Shown: in pieces, positions 1 through 9,041 of the stretch
How the letters are laid out: every line of letters starts with the position of its first letter
Numbering within the stretch: position 1 is the first letter of the stretch
Origin: a virus
Virus record (IMG/VR): IMGVR_UViG_3300009425_004205
Span: 1 to 64,000 of that record
Reading direction: 5' to 3' (one strand)
DNA length: 64,000 nt
Made by a program: the position numbers and the translations under genes
The notes under the pieces: generated by a model
What the model saw: only the letters and a program-made list of their open reading frames with translations
The model's database searches: none
Told to the model about the DNA's origin: nothing

Positions 1-1
1 A

Positions 2-895
2 GAGATTAACGACGTCGTTTTCGAAGCGAATTTGACAAAGAATCCTAGCGCTGCGCTAGCGCAGGCACAAGCTAGGCTCGAGATGAGCGCGCAAGAAAAG
101 CAGCTGTTTAAACAAGCTATGCATGCAATTGGGAACCTTGCGCCAATGGCAATGGCAGCTAAAGACGGTGTAGCCGAGAAAGCCAAAGCAGCCAAACAAC
201 AAGGCGCACAAAATGCGCCCATCACAGAAGAAGATATAGAAGAGAGTTTAATGCTGAGCAGTTCAGATAAGCGCATCATCGCGCTATCGCGAGACTTAGA
301 CTGGGCATCTAAGAGCAAATGGAATAGTGATCAGAAAAAGGCATATAAGGCAGCTAAGGCTAGCTATCTCGATGGCCACGGAGATGCTATAGTCAAGACA
401 CTGGCAGTACCCGTTAACGATCCAAACAGTTTTCTTGGCAAAATCCCCGTCGTCGGACAGGCATTAAAGAATGAAAAAGTACAAAAGCTAATTATCTTGG
501 CCACCGGCTGCAAAGATTTAAAGCCCGCATGTCTCATGAAATCCGCTGCTCTTGCCGCTGTCATTGGTGCGGCAGTTGCACCAATTGCCGCAGCTGCCGG
601 CGGAGGGGTAGCAGGGTTTGCAGCAAAACAAGCCGCGGTATCACTGACACAAAAAGCCATGGCTAAGGGAGCTAATAGTAAAACAGGCAAGAAATATTTG
701 CCTCAGTACGCACCCGCCTTAGCAGGCGCCGGCGTCACAGAACACGCCGCGCAAATAAAAAAGACGTTGGAATCTATGATATCAGAAGAAATACAAAACA
801 TCTTACGTGAGCATGGCAGTGCTGCTGCAGCTGGATTAGATATAAACGGTACCATTATTAATAAAACTGAAACAGCTCTAACAGCTCAAAATTAA
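2..895 (+). CDS. Hypothetical Ala-rich phage protein, 5'-truncated by the window edge
   Basis: Frame is open from position 2 (EINDVVFEANL...). Contains a hydrophobic Ala/Gly segment AALAAVIGAAVAPIAAAAGGGVAGFAA and the C-terminal motif IKKTLESMISEEIQNILRE shared with neighbours. Confidence 0.75.
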   Translation, partial: EINDVVFEANLTKNPSAALAQAQARLEMSAQEKQLFKQAMHAIGNLAPMAMAAKDGVAEKAKAAKQQGAQNAPITEEDIEESLMLSSSDKRIIALSRDLDWASKSKWNSDQKKAYKAAKASYLDGHGDAIVKTLAVPVNDPNSFLGKIPVVGQALKNEKVQKLIILATGCKDLKPACLMKSAALAAVIGAAVAPIAAAAGGGVAGFAAKQAAVSLTQKAMAKGANSKTGKKYLPQYAPALAGAGVTEHAAQIKKTLESMISEEIQNILREHGSAAAAGLDINGTIINKTETALTAQN

Positions 896-911
896 ACTAG
901 GAGTATCAAAC

Positions 912-1121
912 ATGTGTATATTATGTATCGAAATAGAAAAAGAAAGACTTCTCCCGAAAGAAGCCCTTCGAAATTACATAGAAATTTCTGAAAGTCTCGA
1001 GGATCATGCGCCTGAAGCGTTGCAAGTTTTATATAACTATTTGGAAGAGAGAAATTTTTGCATATGGTGCAGTGATACAACATGCACATGTGCCCACAAC
1101 AATGAATGGAGTGTCATATAA
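912..1121 (+). CDS. Small Cys-rich hypothetical protein (possibly Zn-binding)
   Basis: GGAG RBS at about 901; CxxC at the N-terminus and CxxC...CxC at the C-terminus. Confidence 0.6.
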   Translation: MCILCIEIEKERLLPKEALRNYIEISESLEDHAPEALQVLYNYLEERNFCIWCSDTTCTCAHNNEWSVI

Positions 1122-1172
1122 GATGAATAAAAATACAATGAATGGAGTGTCATATAAGATGAATAAAAATAC
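1099..1172 (+). repeat. Perfect 36-bp tandem duplication (2 copies) spanning an RBS and start codon
   Basis: ACAATGAATGGAGTGTCATATAAGATGAATAAAAAT at 1099-1134 and 1135-1170. Confidence 0.95.
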
Positions 1173-1485
1173 CTTAAAAACAATTATATTGGAAGAAATA
1201 AGAGCTATATCAGAAGAACTTGGTATGGGAGAAGCAAGTGGTGCTGAGTTTTTAATTAATAGTCTGTGGATAGGCGCAATATCAAAGGACGAAAATATCC
1301 GCGAATTATGCGAGCTATTGGCGCCTGAAGCAGCTAAAGACTCCGAAGAGAGATTTTCTCTAAAGTCGCAAGTCTTAAGCGTCTTCGAAAGCCACCAGCA
1401 AGAAATAATAGGAGAATTGCAAAAACTAGTGTATGATAACGAAATCGAGGAGGAGCCTTGGACGAAACAGTTCAAGCAACCGTGA
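1123..1485 (+). CDS. Hypothetical protein with acidic amphipathic leader (start 1123 or 1159)
   Basis: MNKNTLKTIILEEIRAISEE leader; both duplicated ATGs are in frame and each has a GGAG upstream. Confidence 0.7.
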   Translation: MNKNTMNGVSYKMNKNTLKTIILEEIRAISEELGMGEASGAEFLINSLWIGAISKDENIRELCELLAPEAAKDSEERFSLKSQVLSVFESHQQEIIGELQKLVYDNEIEEEPWTKQFKQP

Positions 1486-1486
1486 T

Positions 1487-1780
1487 ATGATAAGCGTTAG
1501 AATGTTAACACTAAGTATACTAATGTCTATCTCCTTGTCCGCGATATATTCTATCGCCCATGCCGCGTCGGTGCATTACCACCACGTACAGAACAACAAT
1601 AGTGAGATGAAAACGAAGTTCTATAATTTTGATGACTTGTTGATAGACGGAAAGATAAGAAAGCCGCAAGTTCTCTATACTGACGCTAGACAAAAAGTTA
1701 ACTTTGAAAGACTGTTGAAATTGAAAAAGAATTTCTTACCTAAATTAAACGCCACAAGAAAGGATCCCGCACTAAGATGA
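1487..1780 (+). CDS. Secreted CglF/GltF-like (myxobacterial gliding-motility family) protein
   Basis: Signal peptide ending AHA-A. The mature part KFYNFDDLLIDGKIRKP..LY...QKVNFERLLKLKKNFLPKL resembles the CglF family pattern as recalled, not searched. Confidence 0.6.
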   Translation: MISVRMLTLSILMSISLSAIYSIAHAASVHYHHVQNNNSEMKTKFYNFDDLLIDGKIRKPQVLYTDARQKVNFERLLKLKKNFLPKLNATRKDPALR

Positions 1781-2556
1781 AAAAATCCACGTATGATATA
1801 TCACAATCCGTTCTTACCAAGATAATAAAGGAAGAAATAGAAAAAGCAATCGAAGAAGGATTTCTTCAAGATTTGGGAAGTAAAGCTAGCAATGTAATGA
1901 AGGGGTTAGCTATAGCTGCCGCAATTGGGGGTGCCTCACCAGCTGCTGCCGCACCGGCAGGAAGATTGCAGCACACTGAAACCCCTATAGTTTCTGCTCG
2001 GCACGTCGACGCAGTTGCTATAGCTTTAGCTAAAAAGATTAATGATGCGAAGTTTAAAGACAGATTCGGATTAGACTTGCGTGCGGATCCTAATGATCCA
2101 AATATAGAGAAATTGGCAAAAACTATTACAGAATTATATAATCACCATAGCCATGGTGATCAAACTATTGAACTTTATACACAAAAAGTGTTTGAAGTAA
2201 TGGAAACAACGTTGAGAAGTAAGTCTCCTGCATGGCAAGTATACAATTATACAAATACAGTTCTTAGGAAGAAATTTAAAAAGAAAAAGAAAACAAAGAA
2301 AAGATTAACAGTCACTAAAACTACTTTTCGAAATAATCCTATTTTAATTCAACAGGCTGTTTTGGGAATATTCCTAGACGCTAATGCCGGCAAATCTATT
2401 AAACCGGCACTTAAAAATTTACGTAATGCACTTAAGCATGGAATTCGAAGTAAGGATATAACAAGAGAAGACGCATCGAGAATATTCACCGCGCTAAAAA
2501 AGAAACCATCAGTTGCAATGAGCGAGATTAATAAAATACTCAAACTTAATAAGTAA
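1777..2556 (+). CDS. Hypothetical protein with leader motif followed by a hydrophobic signal-like segment
   Basis: ISQSVLTKIIKEEIEKAIEEG then KGLAIAAAIGGASPAAAAP; ATGA overlap with the upstream gene. Confidence 0.75.
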   Translation: MKKSTYDISQSVLTKIIKEEIEKAIEEGFLQDLGSKASNVMKGLAIAAAIGGASPAAAAPAGRLQHTETPIVSARHVDAVAIALAKKINDAKFKDRFGLDLRADPNDPNIEKLAKTITELYNHHSHGDQTIELYTQKVFEVMETTLRSKSPAWQVYNYTNTVLRKKFKKKKKTKKRLTVTKTTFRNNPILIQQAVLGIFLDANAGKSIKPALKNLRNALKHGIRSKDITREDASRIFTALKKKPSVAMSEINKILKLNK

Positions 2557-2584
2557 TATTATTATCGAAATCATTGAATTCAAT

Positions 2585-2593
2585 ACTAATTAT
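2585..2593 (+). promoter_or_regulatory. Putative phage late promoter motif ACTAATTAT
   Basis: Intergenic copy of the recurring (A)CTAWTTA motif upstream of 2638. Confidence 0.5.
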
Positions 2594-2637
2594 ACAAAGT
2601 AGCACACAATCAAACATACTTTACAGGAGTTTAAGAC

Positions 2638-3264
2638 ATGAATTTGAATAAAGACACTTTAAGAAAGCTGGTAATCGAAGAATTGCAGCAGAGTCTTTCT
2701 GAGGAACAATTGGAAGAGTTCTTTGGCGCTGCTAAAGCCGCGGCTCAGAAAGCCGGATCCGCAATTGCTGGCGGCGCAAAGAAAGTTGCGGCAGTTGCGA
2801 AGCGCCTTCCCGGCGCTGTCTCTGGCGCCAACAAGTGGGCTGATGATTCTAGTGTTAACAAAGAATTAGACTTTGGAGAAAAGGCACTGTCTGTCAGAAA
2901 GAAAGTGCACACAACCCTCAACAAACAACAAGTGAAGGATGGACTCGAAACATTGAAGGGCGATATGGCATCGATGCAACCAATGATGCAAGCTAGGGTG
3001 ATGGCTATCATGATAAACAAGCTTGGCTTAGGTTCTGACTGGTTTAAGAAAAATCATAGTAGGATCCGCAGCGATCTAGAAAAGGGAGCCAAGACAGCAT
3101 CTGCTAACATGGGCGGAAGCGCAGATGCCAGATTCAAAACTGGTAGCCGCGGAGGTAGCAAAGATAAGGGCGGAGACGATTTGGGTTTAAAGGATGTATT
3201 CTTAGAGGACTCTATGGAAGAAATGATAAAAGAAGAATTAACAAAAATGCTTAAAGAGAATTAG
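2638..3264 (+). CDS. Hypothetical protein with leader-type motifs at both ends
   Basis: AGGAG RBS; N-term MNLNKDTLRKLVIEELQQSLSEE, C-term MEEMIKEELTKMLKEN. Confidence 0.8.
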   Translation: MNLNKDTLRKLVIEELQQSLSEEQLEEFFGAAKAAAQKAGSAIAGGAKKVAAVAKRLPGAVSGANKWADDSSVNKELDFGEKALSVRKKVHTTLNKQQVKDGLETLKGDMASMQPMMQARVMAIMINKLGLGSDWFKKNHSRIRSDLEKGAKTASANMGGSADARFKTGSRGGSKDKGGDDLGLKDVFLEDSMEEMIKEELTKMLKEN

Positions 3265-3271
3265 TCAAAAG

Positions 3272-3571
3272 ATGAATATTAACAAAAACGCCCTTAAGGT
3301 TTTGATTAAGCAAGTTATGAACGAGACAAGAAATTCTCCAGAGTCGGATAGCGAAATAGCAGACAAAGAGCTTACTTGGAAAAAAATCACCGATAATCTA
3401 AATGATGAAGGGTTTCGTTTGGTGGTTCTCAAATCTATAGCAAACGCCAACAAAACAGACTCAGAATTCATGTCTGATATGTTCGAAACCTTGACTAAAG
3501 AAGAGGATAAAGAAATTCAGCAAATTATTATCAATAATGTCGAAAAAATTTATAAAAAAGATGATATGTGA
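3272..3571 (+). CDS. Hypothetical protein with leader motif
   Basis: MNINKNALKVLIKQVMNE; tight packing after the previous gene. Confidence 0.7.
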   Translation: MNINKNALKVLIKQVMNETRNSPESDSEIADKELTWKKITDNLNDEGFRLVVLKSIANANKTDSEFMSDMFETLTKEEDKEIQQIIINNVEKIYKKDDM

Positions 3572-3585
3572 TAATATGCTAGCAT

Positions 3586-4074
3586 ATGCAGGATACATGT
3601 TCAAACTATGAGTGGTACACCGGCAGCGGTGATTCTATTCAATTTAACGAGATTGTGGGACGATTACGTACCGGTATATTAAATGGCGGGAAAATATTTG
3701 TCGGATCCGACTCCTTTATTACAAAAAACCAGGTTAACTTTGCAACAGCTATATGTATACACGGTGACAAAGCGGGTGGCAGATATTTCTTCTTTAGAGA
3801 AAAGTGTGCAAAGGCATTATATAAAGCTTTGATAGTCAGAATGACAGAAGAAGTGAGAAGATCAGTCGATGTGGCAGAAGCGCTGAGTACTGAGCACGGG
3901 TTCATGCCTGAACATATAGAGTTGCATATTGACGTTTCATCACACCACACCAAAGAAGCAACTTCGAAGTATTCAGAAATGTTAAATGGTTACGTAACCG
4001 GGGCGGGTTTTGCATGCAGAGTAAAGCCCTACGCTTGGGCATCTCAAACGGTGGCAGACAGGCACTCCAAATGA
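3586..4074 (+). CDS. RNase H-like YkuK (DUF458) family protein
   Basis: IFVGSDS, GGRYFF, RMTEEV..S, ELHIDV and VKPYAWAS..VADRHSK motifs. Confidence 0.85.
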   Translation: MQDTCSNYEWYTGSGDSIQFNEIVGRLRTGILNGGKIFVGSDSFITKNQVNFATAICIHGDKAGGRYFFFREKCAKALYKALIVRMTEEVRRSVDVAEALSTEHGFMPEHIELHIDVSSHHTKEATSKYSEMLNGYVTGAGFACRVKPYAWASQTVADRHSK

Positions 4075-4403
4075 GTACCGATACTACTGATATTGCGATA
4101 TACGACATGCAGAGCATTTCATACTGTGTCAGCTATCATGATATAATAAAAACCTGGGTTGATAATTATCACGCCAGGGACATAGTCCTTATAATGTATG
4201 ATCCCATTAACCATGTAAAATATATAGGCGATATGGGGTTTGATATGCCGGCAGAGGAAATTTATGAAAGTAAAGTATTAACTATAATGCTGCCATGTCT
4301 TGAGGACGCGATGAAAATAATAAAAAGCATACCGATTGAAGAAGGCCCCTACACTCAAGTGTGGGCACTTGGGAGATGCATCACAGACAACATAGACAAA
4401 TGA
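4071..4403 (+). CDS. Hypothetical protein
   Basis: ATGA overlap with the YkuK-like gene (MSTDTTD start). Confidence 0.65.
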   Translation: MSTDTTDIAIYDMQSISYCVSYHDIIKTWVDNYHARDIVLIMYDPINHVKYIGDMGFDMPAEEIYESKVLTIMLPCLEDAMKIIKSIPIEEGPYTQVWALGRCITDNIDK

Positions 4404-4416
4404 TAGGAGAAGAGCC

Positions 4417-4605
4417 ATGACAATTGTTGAGATACTAGATATTATGATAGACAAACTAAAAAAGTCTAAGAAAAAACAAGACGAAACGCCACAACAAATA
4501 CCCCTCCGGATAAACCCAATCCAAAAAGACGTCCTCCCCCTAGCTCCAAAAGACAATAAAGATAAAGATAGCGACAAAAAAAGAGTTATTATAATAGATA
4601 TTTAA
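4417..4605 (+). CDS. Small basic hypothetical protein
   Basis: AGGAG RBS, 62 aa. Confidence 0.65.
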   Translation: MTIVEILDIMIDKLKKSKKKQDETPQQIPLRINPIQKDVLPLAPKDNKDKDSDKKRVIIIDI

Positions 4606-4607
4606 AT

Positions 4608-4617
4608 ACTATTTAAT
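4608..4617 (+). promoter_or_regulatory. Putative late promoter motif ACTATTTAAT
   Basis: Intergenic copy upstream of 4671. Confidence 0.5.
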
Positions 4618-4670
4618 ATATGAAACTGACAATAGCTAATATTAAATATTAGCATAGGAATCCATAAAGA

Positions 4671-5501
4671 ATGAACAATTTTAATACGAAATGGAGCCAA
4701 TATCTAACAGAAGAAGAGTTTGACATATCAGATTTAACCATTAAAGACAAGCTTAATCCAGAATTTTGGATACGAGGACAGCTTGAAGAAGAAGTTAAGT
4801 CCAGACTCATTGAAATAGCTGAAGAATTCTATTCCTCTGTCCTCTCCTCCGTGCCAGAGGCGCCTGCAATTGAAGATATCATCTTTACTGGATCTCTTGC
4901 TAGTTACAATTATCACAATGCTAGCGATATTGACTTGCATCTTCTAGTCAACTTTGAAAAAATAGGCGAAGCGCAAGACATTTTAGCCGAATTCTTTGCA
5001 CTTAAGAGAATCCAGTGGAATAATAGTCATAATATTTACATTCATAATCATGAGGTTGAAATATATATTCAAGACTCTAAAGAAGAACATGTTGCAAATG
5101 GAATATATTCGATATCTTCCGGGGAATGGATAGAAATGCCAGTAAAAGAGAAGGTGGATATTGATTATGCTGCAGCAGAGAAGAAACATCTATCGCTATC
5201 CTTGGAAATCAAAGAACTTTCGAAGCTTTTTAGAGTAAAAGAGTATGAAAAGGTGTATAAGCACGCGTCAAAGCTCAGAGAAAAGATAAAGTTTATGAGA
5301 AATTCCGGACTTGAGTCCGAAGGGGTGTATTCTGCAGAAAACCTAGCGTTTAAAATGCTCCGAAGTAATGATGAAATTAAAGATTTAATGTCACTACGTA
5401 TAAATTCTTATGATAGAATGATGTCTCTTACCCATGATACGAAAAAAACAAAAAATATATCAGAAAATTGGAATATATTCACCAAAGGAGCTAAATTATG
5501 A
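4671..5501 (+). CDS. Pol-beta superfamily nucleotidyltransferase
   Basis: FTGSLASYNY...SDIDLH (GS..DxD) and a later VEIY acidic residue; N-terminal leader KWSQYLTEEE. Confidence 0.8.
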   Translation: MNNFNTKWSQYLTEEEFDISDLTIKDKLNPEFWIRGQLEEEVKSRLIEIAEEFYSSVLSSVPEAPAIEDIIFTGSLASYNYHNASDIDLHLLVNFEKIGEAQDILAEFFALKRIQWNNSHNIYIHNHEVEIYIQDSKEEHVANGIYSISSGEWIEMPVKEKVDIDYAAAEKKHLSLSLEIKELSKLFRVKEYEKVYKHASKLREKIKFMRNSGLESEGVYSAENLAFKMLRSNDEIKDLMSLRINSYDRMMSLTHDTKKTKNISENWNIFTKGAKL

Positions 5502-5881
5502 AAAAAATATTAAAAGAGTGGAGGGAATTTAGCTTAAAAGAGGAGCAAGAGCTAGCGCCATCGCCTATAGATAAGAAAGAGGAAGAAACTGGTATGGTGC
5601 CGGCTCCTTCGCAAGAAGACGAAATAGAGATTATGAGAAATGTCTTGAAAGAAGTGCAAGATATGGCGACTAGACTGATAGAGATGGAAGAAGAGCTTAA
5701 AAACAAATATAAAAACGGCGCAATAATGTATCACCCTGGCAAGGACTTCTCAATCGCAGCGAAAAAGCTAGCAGACGCCGGCGAGTGGGGATCTTTAGCT
5801 AGTGGATTGAATAGGTGGATAGAAAACGAAGTCAGTTTACCAATTGCGACAAAGAAGGTTCAAGATAAATACGGACTATGA
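5498..5881 (+). CDS. Hypothetical protein with W-type leader
   Basis: MKKILKEWREFSLKEEQE; AGGAG RBS. Confidence 0.75.
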   Translation: MKKILKEWREFSLKEEQELAPSPIDKKEEETGMVPAPSQEDEIEIMRNVLKEVQDMATRLIEMEEELKNKYKNGAIMYHPGKDFSIAAKKLADAGEWGSLASGLNRWIENEVSLPIATKKVQDKYGL

Positions 5882-6219
5882 TAAAATATAAGGCGAAATT
5901 AATTCGTATTATTGACGGGGACACAATAGACGCAGAGATTGAAGTCGGGTTTGACATATACGTCAGAAAGAGGATACGATTGTGGGGCATAGACGCCCCG
6001 GAGACACGTTCTAGGGACAAAGATGAGGTACAGTCCGGAAAACAGGCTGCGAGCCGCCTGCAGGCGATTCTCGCGCACTCTGGCGGTGAATTCGAGCTAG
6101 TAACACATGGCGATGGAAAGTTTGGCAGGTGTTTGGGGGAAATATTCGTGAAAGACATCAATGAAAGTGTGAATCAAGTACTAATTAATGAAGGGTTGGT
6201 TAAAAAATATGAAAAATAA
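5878..6219 (+). CDS. Thermonuclease (staphylococcal nuclease-like)
   Basis: RIIDGDTI, RIRLWGIDAPE, GKFGRCLG and NQVLINEG motifs. Confidence 0.9.
   Translation: MIKYKAKLIRIIDGDTIDAEIEVGFDIYVRKRIRLWGIDAPETRSRDKDEVQSGKQAASRLQAILAHSGGEFELVTHGDGKFGRCLGEIFVKDINESVNQVLINEGLVKKYEK
6180..6189 (+). promoter_or_regulatory. Putative late promoter motif ACTAATTAAT
   Basis: Lies in the 3' end of the nuclease gene, about 20 nt before the ATG at 6209. Confidence 0.45.
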
Positions 6220-8668
6220 TACATTTCACTATAGTTGGCAAAATTATACTAGAGACACAGTCCTCCTAGAAGCCCGACTTAAAGATATAAAAGCTAGATA
6301 CCCCGTGTGGAACGATTCCGGGTGGTTAACTACTGCCAAAGAAACTATTAATAGCACCATGGGCCCCAAAGGGGTATCCAAGTACCTTCTCTTTTGGGTT
6401 CGGGAGATGGAAAACAATTTTAAATTTGAAGCAGGCGAATCAGAACCAGAAGATGAGTCAGCAGAAGACATCGGTGAAGTTGGGCGAGCTATTCTGGATA
6501 TCATTACCGATTTCCATGAAAACCAACAGCGTCTAGAAGAAAAAGATATATATAAATACAATGCGGAAGACTTGCGCCAGGCAATGGAAGCTCTAGGCTT
6601 AACTTCCAAAGAAAAGAGGGAAAAGAAGAAAGAGGAAGCCATGGAGGGATCAGAAATTGTGTATGATGAGGAGGACATCATTGCAGTCCGCCCCTACACG
6701 GCGGAAGCTTCTTGTTATTATGGAAAGAATACAAGGTGGTGTATTTCTGCTGTCGCCAGCAGAAACTATTTTGCGCAATACGCTCAGGACGGTGCGTCGT
6801 TCATAATGCTTCGCCTAAAAAATCTGAAACAGTCGCATGCCTGGCACAGAATCGCACTGGTTTACAATCGCGACGGAGATCACGACGAGTCTTACGACGC
6901 CACCGATGAGAGGATATCTATGGACGAAATAAAGAACGCCATGGCATGCAATTACCGTCCTCAAGACTGCGCTGGCGAATACGCCTCTTTGTCTGAAGAG
7001 GAGAGAGTCCACGTGGACAACATAATAAGTGAGATATTTGAAGCAGCAGAGGATAATGTTTTCAATAATGCGCCGGACCCAACAGCCAGTTACGAGTCGC
7101 GCATTCGTGAACTGGAAGATGAATATTCAAGTTTCATCAAACACGCTTGGTACTCTGCGGATGTTGACGAGTACATGTACTTCAATGGCGGATTTGAATT
7201 ATCAATAGATGCTGAGAGGCTTGAAGGAGCCGAGTATAGCTTCCCGGATACCTGGCAAGAACGAAGTCAAGTGGCTGACGCCTTACGTGGCCTGCTGGAT
7301 ACTGAACTTGGTGTTTACGCAGAGGAGGTGGATATCGAGTTACATACAGTTTCCGATCCCGCAATTGCCGCGGCTCGAACAGAGAGAGGTGTTCGTTCAG
7401 GAGAGATTAACGTTCGCGTCTCCATTCACACCGGCGACTATGACGCCAACCCGGATGGTTATGAGTCTTTTTTGGATGAACTTTCGGGCATGGACGATAA
7501 ATACCCCGAAATGCAGCGCCTTGTAGAAAGGTATCTAATGGAGGAGGGCTATATACGCACCGGTGCCTTTGAGAAATTTTCTGATGAACTGGAAGACTTC
7601 GGATTAAGTCTTAACCACTTTACATATAGAGAAGAAAAAGGCATTGGGGATGAGGAAATATTTTTTGAGTCTCCCCATACCGAGTACCCGATTGAGATGG
7701 GCCTCAAATCTGGCGCTACAATAAGAAGGATACAGGATGCTCAGAGGATTCCCTTACGACAGGTATGGAGAAGCGAGAAATACACGGACATGGTGATATC
7801 CAAGCTTGGGGATTTACATCAAAAGATTGTCCAATATCTTGAAAAGCAACTGGAGTTACCTTTCACAGATCTGCCTCCTAAAATTATAAAACGATTAACA
7901 ATACCTGAGTTCTTAGAAGTTAATTTATATGATAATGCTGCCGCCAACGCAGGCAGAATCGCCGCGTTCATGGACTCCGAGGAGCTTAGCTACTCTATCA
8001 ATATATCCATACAGGATGTTTCGGTATCTCAAGCTGCCATTGATGCTGCGAAAGAAGTGATAGAGTTCATGGATGCAAATTGGCTCAAGGTTGAACGGGC
8101 TGCCATCCAATCAATGGATGCCCTGATGCGAGAAGTTAGAGGTGCTGAGGATTCCAGAATGGCAACCCTGGATGATTCTACAGTCCGACTACTAAGGATA
8201 TCTCAGTCCCTTCAAGCTCAGAGTTCCAGGGCTACCATAGCAGATATGCAGGACGTGGTAAGAAGCTGGAAAGAGGGACAGGCATCAGATGAAGCAATGT
8301 TGGAAGCTGTACATAAGCTATATAATTATCTCAAAGAACTCGGAGAGATTCCAGAAGATTTGCCACCACCACAATCCTCAAGCCTTCAAGAGGCATCTAC
8401 AGACGAGGAAATAACACTGCAAGAGATTAATTCATATTTTATAAATTTGTCAGAAAAATCCCAAATATCCGACACTATACCAAGGATTAAGAGTTCTATC
8501 AAAGTGCCATGTGCCAGCGATGTTAACGAGGAAATAGAAAAATATCTTTCCTCCAACTCTGAAACAGTCGACTTTAAAGATTCAAAAATTAAAAATAGGG
8601 AATATGACATCCGAGATCTAATGGATCCTGACTATAACCCATGGGAGGTGAAAGATGACGTCGATTGA
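6209..8668 (+). CDS. Large acidic hypothetical protein with a PcfJ-like region
   Basis: About 820-aa ORF. The segment VRPYTAEASCYYGKNTRWCIS is typical of a PcfJ-like domain common in large phages; leader SWQNY...LLEAR. Confidence 0.75.
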   Translation: MKNNTFHYSWQNYTRDTVLLEARLKDIKARYPVWNDSGWLTTAKETINSTMGPKGVSKYLLFWVREMENNFKFEAGESEPEDESAEDIGEVGRAILDIITDFHENQQRLEEKDIYKYNAEDLRQAMEALGLTSKEKREKKKEEAMEGSEIVYDEEDIIAVRPYTAEASCYYGKNTRWCISAVASRNYFAQYAQDGASFIMLRLKNLKQSHAWHRIALVYNRDGDHDESYDATDERISMDEIKNAMACNYRPQDCAGEYASLSEEERVHVDNIISEIFEAAEDNVFNNAPDPTASYESRIRELEDEYSSFIKHAWYSADVDEYMYFNGGFELSIDAERLEGAEYSFPDTWQERSQVADALRGLLDTELGVYAEEVDIELHTVSDPAIAAARTERGVRSGEINVRVSIHTGDYDANPDGYESFLDELSGMDDKYPEMQRLVERYLMEEGYIRTGAFEKFSDELEDFGLSLNHFTYREEKGIGDEEIFFESPHTEYPIEMGLKSGATIRRIQDAQRIPLRQVWRSEKYTDMVISKLGDLHQKIVQYLEKQLELPFTDLPPKIIKRLTIPEFLEVNLYDNAAANAGRIAAFMDSEELSYSINISIQDVSVSQAAIDAAKEVIEFMDANWLKVERAAIQSMDALMREVRGAEDSRMATLDDSTVRLLRISQSLQAQSSRATIADMQDVVRSWKEGQASDEAMLEAVHKLYNYLKELGEIPEDLPPPQSSSLQEASTDEEITLQEINSYFINLSEKSQISDTIPRIKSSIKVPCASDVNEEIEKYLSSNSETVDFKDSKIKNREYDIRDLMDPDYNPWEVKDDVD

Positions 8669-8825
8669 GCATATATTTCTTTATTCAAACCTCTTCCTAA
8701 CACTCTGCCTTATAGCTTCCTGCTTTAAACTAAAAGAACTCATAGGGCTCCTCAAGGACGACATATATCTTACTGCTAGGAACCCTAACCTAGCTAGAAA
8801 GAAGTTAATAAAACCGAAAAAGTAA
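8655..8825 (+). CDS. Small membrane protein (56 aa, below the ORF-track cutoff)
   Basis: GGAGG RBS; MTSIEHIFLYSNLFLTLCLIASCFKLKE...; fills the gap between genes. Confidence 0.6.
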   Translation: MTSIEHIFLYSNLFLTLCLIASCFKLKELIGLLKDDIYLTARNPNLARKKLIKPKK

Positions 8826-9041
8826 GTGAAAGACAATCTTGAGATTTTCTTAAAATCGGAACAGAGCGAAGTGGAAACCTTCTTGTTTTTACTAGAATCG
8901 AGAGAAGAATATGCTCTCGACTTTTTAAACTGTTGGTTTTCTATCAACAATATGCCAACAATATCCGAAGAAGCCTTTAATACAGTAAGACAGCATGTTA
9001 AAATGCCTGTATACAAAAACAAAAAAGGAGCTAAAAGATGA
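8826..9041 (+). CDS. Hypothetical protein
   Basis: GTG start directly after the previous stop; overlaps the purA start. Confidence 0.55.
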   Translation: MKDNLEIFLKSEQSEVETFLFLLESREEYALDFLNCWFSINNMPTISEEAFNTVRQHVKMPVYKNKKGAKR

